From: an uncultured virus (IMG/VR IMGVR_UViG_3300011240_000038)
Lineage: Duplodnaviria; Heunggongvirae; Uroviricota; Caudoviricetes
Length of the DNA: 64,000 nt
Strand: one strand, 5' to 3'
Virus record (IMG/VR): IMGVR_UViG_3300011240_000038
Shown here: one piece after another, positions 58,507-64,000 of the stretch
Layout: each line of letters begins with the position of its first letter
Position numbering within the stretch: position 1 is the stretch's first letter
Notes under the pieces: model-generated
The model's input: only the letters and a program-made list of their open reading frames with translations
Databases searched by the model: none
What the model was told of the DNA's origin: nothing
Translations under genes and position numbers: made by a program

Positions 58507-60837
58507 ATGAAATTTAAATCATTGAAACTAAGTGATTATTTTGAAATAAAAAAACCTACGTATATTTATTTGAAACTTACACCAGATAGTTCTATAAGAA
58601 ACTATAATAGCAGTGCTATAGCTAAATCTATATCTCTTATGTATAAAAGCATATTCCAACACATAAAAAATGAAAATAAAAAAATAATATTTGAGACTAA
58701 TTGTAAGGTTTCATATTTTATAAATATAACTAAAAAAGAAGTTACATTTTACTTCATAGTACCAAACTTTTATAAAGATTTAATTAAAGAAAAAATACGT
58801 AACACTTGGAAACGAATAACTATAGATGAAGTAGATGCTATCAAAGAATTTAAAGGTGATTCAATAAAATATCAACTATATTATAAAAAAGAGGATGCAT
58901 TATCTTTAGCTGTAGATAAAAAGAATAATGATCCATTAAATTCTTTATTAAATGTAATAGAAATAATTAAGGAAGATGAAAGAATAGGAATATTTTATAA
59001 TTTCATTCCAACATTTCAAGGTGATTGGAGAGGTAGTTATAAGAAAACTATATCTAAATTAGAGAGTGGTAAACCAGTTGAAAGAGATATCACTGGTTCA
59101 ATTATAATTAGGAATATAGTTAGTTTTATATCAGATATATTGAAGGAAGCATTAGGCGTTATATTAGGAAATGAAGCAAAAGAAAATTCTAATTTAAGTT
59201 TTCTAGAAGCTGCAATGGGTATAGTAAAGAACTTTAATTTATCTAATGCTACAGAGAAGAAAAAGAATGCATTAATATTAAAGGGTCAGATAATAGTAGA
59301 AAGCGAATCAAAAGATAGGGTTAGAGCAACTACAAATGCTATTACAGTATGCCAAAGTTTTAAGGCTATAGAAGAAGATAATGAGCTTAAATATAAAGAA
59401 ATTAAAAATAAAATGAAGAATGTATGGTATACTACAGACTTCAAGATTAAGGGTGTAGAAGAAAGTAAATTTTCCATAGATGAATGTAGTAATTTCATTC
59501 AGTTACCAGGTAGAGAACTACAAGATAGATTTGGAGGAATTAAAAAAATTAATACACTTGAAACTGAAGTACCAGATGAACTTCAACAAGGTACAAAATG
59601 TATAGGGCATAATACTTATAAGGGAAATGTGACAAAAACTTATTTAACTACAGATAAAGATTATAAGAATTTAGCATTAGTACCTATAGGGCCTACAAGA
59701 AGCGGTAAAACTACACTATTAGGAAATCTTGCAGCAGATAGTGTTAAATGTGGAGAATGTGTAATAGTTTTAGATTATATAGAGAATTGTGGATTGAGTG
59801 AAGATATTAAAGCTATGATACCCAAAGAGAATGTTTTTGAAGTTAATTTGTATGATACTAACAATTTACAAGGTCTTGGATATAATGAAGCTATAGTTGA
59901 TACAGATGATGTATTTAGACAATATGAGAGTGCTAAAAAACAAGCATCACAAGTGCTTGCACTTATTAATAGTATTAATATCAGTAATAGTGAATTTACT
60001 CCAAGAATGGAGCGATATTTAACAAGTGCTTGTCTAGTATCTTTTATACAAAAGAAGTCACTGAGAGATGTAATAAAATTATTGCAGGAATGGCAGTTTA
60101 GAGAAGATATAATAAATACCATATCTAAGAACCAAAATGATAACTTGGAAGAATATATAGGGTACCTTAAAGAGTTGGACGAATGGTCAAAGGCTACTAA
60201 AGATAATCCTTCTGAAAAAATAGGGACTAAAACAAGTTTGATAAGTGGAGTAGTGGATAGGTTTAATAAATTGAAATCTAATACTTATATGGAACTTATG
60301 CTTAAGAAAGATATTACGGATAATTTTAATCTTCTGGAAGAGATGGAGAAAAATCAAGTGATATTTATAAAAATGCCTGAAGTTATGTTTGGTACTGCAG
60401 AAGAAAGAGATATAATGACAACCTATTGGTTGACTAAAATTTGGATGGCAGCTCAAGCGAGAGCTTGGAAAATTACTGATAGATATAAAAGAAAAACAGT
60501 TACAGTAATTGGTGATGAAATAGCACAATTAAAATCAGCAGAAGAATATATTGGTAATAGATTAGATCAAACCGCAAAGTTTGGAATTAAATTTGTGTTA
60601 AGTACTATGTATATTAATCAATTAAGAATTAGAGAAAAACTTAAGACTGCTAATACTAGTTATATGTTTATATCCGGTAGTGATAAATCTAATTTTAAAG
60701 AATTGAAAGATGAATTTGAACATAGTGGATATACTTTAGAAGATATGTTAAATCTAAAAAGATATCATTCATTGAATTACATTAAGCATTCAGAAGGATA
60801 TTGGGCTGGCATTACAGAATTACCTAAACCTAATTAA
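58507..60837 (+). CDS. VirB4/TraG/HerA-FtsK superfamily P-loop ATPase
   Basis: Walker A GPTRSGKTT, IVLD, Walker B VIGDE..Q, KFG...STMY..QL. Confidence 0.7.
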   Translation: MKFKSLKLSDYFEIKKPTYIYLKLTPDSSIRNYNSSAIAKSISLMYKSIFQHIKNENKKIIFETNCKVSYFINITKKEVTFYFIVPNFYKDLIKEKIRNTWKRITIDEVDAIKEFKGDSIKYQLYYKKEDALSLAVDKKNNDPLNSLLNVIEIIKEDERIGIFYNFIPTFQGDWRGSYKKTISKLESGKPVERDITGSIIIRNIVSFISDILKEALGVILGNEAKENSNLSFLEAAMGIVKNFNLSNATEKKKNALILKGQIIVESESKDRVRATTNAITVCQSFKAIEEDNELKYKEIKNKMKNVWYTTDFKIKGVEESKFSIDECSNFIQLPGRELQDRFGGIKKINTLETEVPDELQQGTKCIGHNTYKGNVTKTYLTTDKDYKNLALVPIGPTRSGKTTLLGNLAADSVKCGECVIVLDYIENCGLSEDIKAMIPKENVFEVNLYDTNNLQGLGYNEAIVDTDDVFRQYESAKKQASQVLALINSINISNSEFTPRMERYLTSACLVSFIQKKSLRDVIKLLQEWQFREDIINTISKNQNDNLEEYIGYLKELDEWSKATKDNPSEKIGTKTSLISGVVDRFNKLKSNTYMELMLKKDITDNFNLLEEMEKNQVIFIKMPEVMFGTAEERDIMTTYWLTKIWMAAQARAWKITDRYKRKTVTVIGDEIAQLKSAEEYIGNRLDQTAKFGIKFVLSTMYINQLRIREKLKTANTSYMFISGSDKSNFKELKDEFEHSGYTLEDMLNLKRYHSLNYIKHSEGYWAGITELPKPN

Positions 60838-60844
60838 TATGCAA

Positions 60845-60885
60845 CAATATTAGGAGCCAAGTACATGCATGGCTTTACAATGTAA
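60845..60885. other. Probable right attachment site (attR)
   Basis: Host-like frame resumes at CAT GCA TGG (60864); upstream of this the frame hits a stop at 60831 and runs into the phage ATPase gene. Confidence 0.6.
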
Positions 60886-61889
60886 ATAGAATAGAGCCAG
60901 CGGTAAGAAGACACATTGAAAAAATGGGAATAAAAGTTAGATTTGTAAGCCGTGTAGTAGATGTAAATATGGAAGGGATTAATATAAAGGGAATTTATCT
61001 TAGTAATGGTGAATATATAGAAGCAGATGCCTTTGTAGAAACTACTGGTTCTACAGGACCTATGGGAAATTGCTTACGCTATGGAAATGGTTGTTCTATG
61101 TGTATTTTAAGATGCCCAGCCTTTGGACCAAGAGTAAGTATTAGTTATAGAGCAGGTATAGAAGATATAAAAGGTGAAAGACAGGAAGATGTATTTGGTG
61201 CTTTCAGTGGATCATGCAAGTTGGAGAAGGATAGCTTATCAGAGAAAATAGTAAAACAGTTAGATGAAACAGGAGTAGTAGTATTAAAGGTTCCACCAGA
61301 AGATATAAATACGGATAAGTTAAAGCAAAAGGTTTGTCAACAATATGCACTAAAGGAATTTGCGGAAAATATAGTACTTTTAGATACTGGTCATGCTAAG
61401 TTAATGACTTCTTATTATCCCTTAGATAAACTTAGAAAAATTGAAGGTCTTGAAGAGGCAAAATTTGTAGATCCATATGCAGGTGGTAAAGGAAACTCCA
61501 TTAGATATTTATCAGTTGCACCAAGAAGTAATCAGATGAAAGTTGTAGGACTTGATAATTTATTCTGTGCTGGAGAAAAAAGTGGGCTTTTTGTAGGACA
61601 TACAGAAGCTATAACAACTGGTTCATTAGCAGGACATAATGCTGTTAGAAATGAGCTTGGAATGCCACTTTTAACCCTTCCAAGAAATTTAGCTACTGGA
61701 GACATTATAGCTTATGCTAATGAAAAGGTTCAAACTACAGAAGGTAGAAGAAATAGATATACCTTTGCAGGAGCCGAGTACTTTAAGAGAATGAAGGATA
61801 ATGAACTTTATATTTTAGAGTCAGAAGAAATTCAAAAAAAGGTGAGGAAGTTGGAGTTAGATAATATTTTTAATCAAAAATTAGTATAG
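60864..61889 (+). pseudogene. 3' part of a host FAD-dependent oxidoreductase (GidA-like) interrupted by the prophage
   Basis: HAWLYNVNRIEPAVRRHIEKMG..., ETTGSTGP.GNC, FCAGEKSG; no RBS at the Met and no N-terminal GxGxxG FAD motif. Confidence 0.75.
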
Positions 61890-61986
61890 AATACATCAAA
61901 TTTAGAATATAAATCTATTTAACAGTAACCATCAAGATATATGATTTAGTATATCCTGATGGTTTTATTGATGAATTTTCAATAAT

Positions 61987-62445
61987 TTATTTATATAAAA
62001 ATTTATGTTTTAAAAATTTTATATCTATATTTTCGCAGTTAGCAATAGTGTTTATAGATAAACCTTCGTAATTAAGTATTATTGACTTATCAATCAACAG
62101 CTCAGCTGCAAATTGATCAGCTTGCATTTCATATTTACCTTTAACTTGAGTAGTTTTACTTTCTAAAAAAAGTATATTTAGATTACTATGCAATATAGCG
62201 TGGCCAAGTTCATGAGCACAAGTAAATAACATATCGATTTCACTTAATCTAATATTTAAGTGAATTATTTTATTTTTTGGAGCATATTGATAAAATCCAT
62301 GAATAGACCCTAAATCTTCGTACATAACATTTATTCCAAGAGCATCACATAATTCTCGAGGATCATTAGTTTTATATTTTTTTACTAAGTTATTTACTAA
62401 ATTTGAAATTTCCAAAATTATATTCCCCCCCAAAAACATCATCAA
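61987..62445 (-). CDS. ImmA/IrrE-family metallopeptidase
   Basis: FTCAHELGHAILH, E.QADQFAAELL. Confidence 0.92.
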   Translation of the reverse strand: MMMFLGGNIILEISNLVNNLVKKYKTNDPRELCDALGINVMYEDLGSIHGFYQYAPKNKIIHLNIRLSEIDMLFTCAHELGHAILHSNLNILFLESKTTQVKGKYEMQADQFAAELLIDKSIILNYEGLSINTIANCENIDIKFLKHKFLYK

Positions 62446-62468
62446 ATTTTACGAAATAAAGTTTGAAA

Positions 62469-62912
62469 TTATTTTTTATATTTTTTAGGGGTATATTTTA
62501 TCTTATTCATTTTCTTAGCATACTCAATTCCATTTTGAATAGCAGATTTTAATAATTCCCAGTCTTCATCATTAATAGGATTACCGGAAAGCATAAGTCC
62601 TTCTTGATTTTCTAAAGACTCCAAGGTACTGTTAAAAATTTTCTCAATATCTTTTTTATCTTTGGGATTTAATTCTAAATCATCAAAAGTTGATTTTTTA
62701 GGTGATGATATATCACTTCTACCAAGTAAGTAGTCTACAGATACGGAAAAAAAATCGGCAATTCTTTGAAGCAATTCATTTTCTGGTATTGCTTTATCAT
62801 TCTCATATTTAGAAATTGAGCTATTATCTATTAAAAGAATATCTGCTAATGATTTTTGTGTTAATCCATGTTTTTTTCGAAGTTCTTTTAACCTAATACC
62901 CAGTGTATTCAT
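62469..62912 (-). CDS. XRE repressor (ImmR-like)
   Basis: HTH, DYLLGR, KYTPKKYK C-terminus. Confidence 0.92.
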   Translation of the reverse strand: MNTLGIRLKELRKKHGLTQKSLADILLIDNSSISKYENDKAIPENELLQRIADFFSVSVDYLLGRSDISSPKKSTFDDLELNPKDKKDIEKIFNSTLESLENQEGLMLSGNPINDEDWELLKSAIQNGIEYAKKMNKIKYTPKKYKK

Positions 62913-62948
62913 ATATTTACACCTCCTATAATTATATTATAACCATAT

Positions 62949-63231
62949 TTGAAGTAAAATCAATATAAGTTGAAATAAAATCAAAAAAAATTCAATATGA
63001 CTTGACAATTTGAATTTAATTCAATAAAATCAAAATATGAATATTGAATTAAATTCAAATATGGGGGTTGTATAAGAAATGAAGTATATTTAGAGAAATA
63101 ACTCAATAATAGTAAATCACGTTATAATTAGAGTGCAGGCTGAAATATGTCTTTAACAAATGAAATATTATATTGAATTTAAATCAATATAATATTTCAA
63201 CAACAAATAATAAAAATTGAATTAAATTCAA
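62949..63231. promoter_or_regulatory. Six TTGAA-N5-WTCAA operators around divergent promoters
   Basis: Copies at ~62949, 62970, 63010, 63044, 63173 and 63217; TTGACA at 63002. Confidence 0.75.
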
Positions 63232-63242
63232 GGGGAATCGGT

Positions 63243-63677
63243 ATGAATATGAATAAAAAAATTGAAACTATGCTTTATAACTTTAATCAAACGAAAGCAG
63301 AAATTAAAAATATAAAACTAGATATAGAGTTATTAGAAAATGAATATGATGACGGAATTGGTGTAAATTACGTGGAGAAGACAGGAAAAACTAATAAAAT
63401 TACTTCAACAGTGGAAAACATGATAATAAGAAAAGAGGCTCAAATTAACAGATTAAATTATGCTATAAAAGTTAAAGAAGCTGAAATAAAAAAGATTGAA
63501 AATGCTCTAGAAATTCTTACAGATAGAGAAAGAAGTATTATTGAAATGAGATATTTTCAGAAGGAAAGTAATAGAAATATTTCAGCAAAGCTTTATATTA
63601 CAGAAGAATATGTATCAGCAATAAAGTCAAAAGCTATTAAATCTCTTGCAAATATATTCTTTATAAATTCTTTATAA
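63243..63677 (+). CDS. ArpU/RinA-like (sigma-70 region 4) activator
   Basis: TNKITSTVEN, IENAL..LTDRERSIIEMRYF, C-terminal HTH. Confidence 0.85.
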   Translation: MNMNKKIETMLYNFNQTKAEIKNIKLDIELLENEYDDGIGVNYVEKTGKTNKITSTVENMIIRKEAQINRLNYAIKVKEAEIKKIENALEILTDRERSIIEMRYFQKESNRNISAKLYITEEYVSAIKSKAIKSLANIFFINSL

Positions 63678-64000
63678 ATTCTTTATAAATTTCTTTTAAA
63701 CTCTCTTTATATAATCGGGTTAAAGCGGTGCTAGAATAATATCATCGCAGTGGTGATAAGTTATTAAAAGTTGAGTCTTAAGATAATAAATTAGTTTTAA
63801 ATTTTAAAATAAGAATAATAAAGTTTAGATTACTAATTTATCACTATGAGTTATGGTTAAAAAGTTTTATTAACAAATAAGAAATGGAGCTAAAGGAAAG
63901 GGGTGATAACAATGCGGTGACTTTCATATTAAGATTTATAAATTCTTTGAAATACATTAGGATAATTCAAAAAGAAAGAATAGCCTCTAATTTAAAGTAA

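Larger units (their letters stand above)
1..60865. mobile_element. Temperate prophage (siphovirus-like, serine integrase); left att site lies just outside the window
   Basis: Complete modular order: integrase, immunity, replication, packaging, head, tail, lysis, cargo. Ends where a truncated host oxidoreductase reading frame resumes. Confidence 0.93.

Noticed and set aside
57789..60837. Complete conjugation (ICE) system
   Set aside because: No relaxase, separate coupling protein, VirB6/B8-like genes or conjugative hydrolase are recognisable.
60924..61889. Intact 321-aa gene starting at Met 60924
   Set aside because: No RBS, the host-like frame continues upstream to ~60864, and the N-terminal FAD-binding motif is missing.
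1..64000. tRNA or rRNA genes
   Set aside because: None recognised by eye; the boxA-like sequences are not accompanied by rRNA sequence. A covariance-model scan was not possible.

Overview
Very AT-rich Clostridium-like DNA. Positions 1 to ~60865 are a nearly complete temperate siphovirus-type prophage. Its modules in order: large serine recombinase, XRE repressor/Cro switch, YqaJ-RecT recombination and replication genes, a variable early region with methyltransferases and morons, ArpU/RinA-like late activator, packaging/head/tail, lysis, and a right-end cargo region (SIR2-TPR protein, HicAB, VanZ cassette, lipoprotein, ParM/ParR-like pair, pilin-like proteins and a VirB4/FtsK-like ATPase). It appears to be inserted inside a host FAD-dependent oxidoreductase (GidA-like) gene whose 3' part resumes at ~60864. 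A second ImmA/ImmR/ArpU-type regulatory module begins at ~61990. The most striking unexplained structure is a pair of unrelated cargo genes (KAP NTPase, amidoligase), each enclosed in the same non-coding frame. Upstream lies an rrn-boxA-like sequence plus a 13-16 nt arm that is perfectly complementary to the 5' strand of the terminator downstream of the gene, with an internal promoter placed just after the arm. This suggests a long-range RNA antitermination 'moron socket'. All annotation is by eye from motifs and synteny; no database searches were run.
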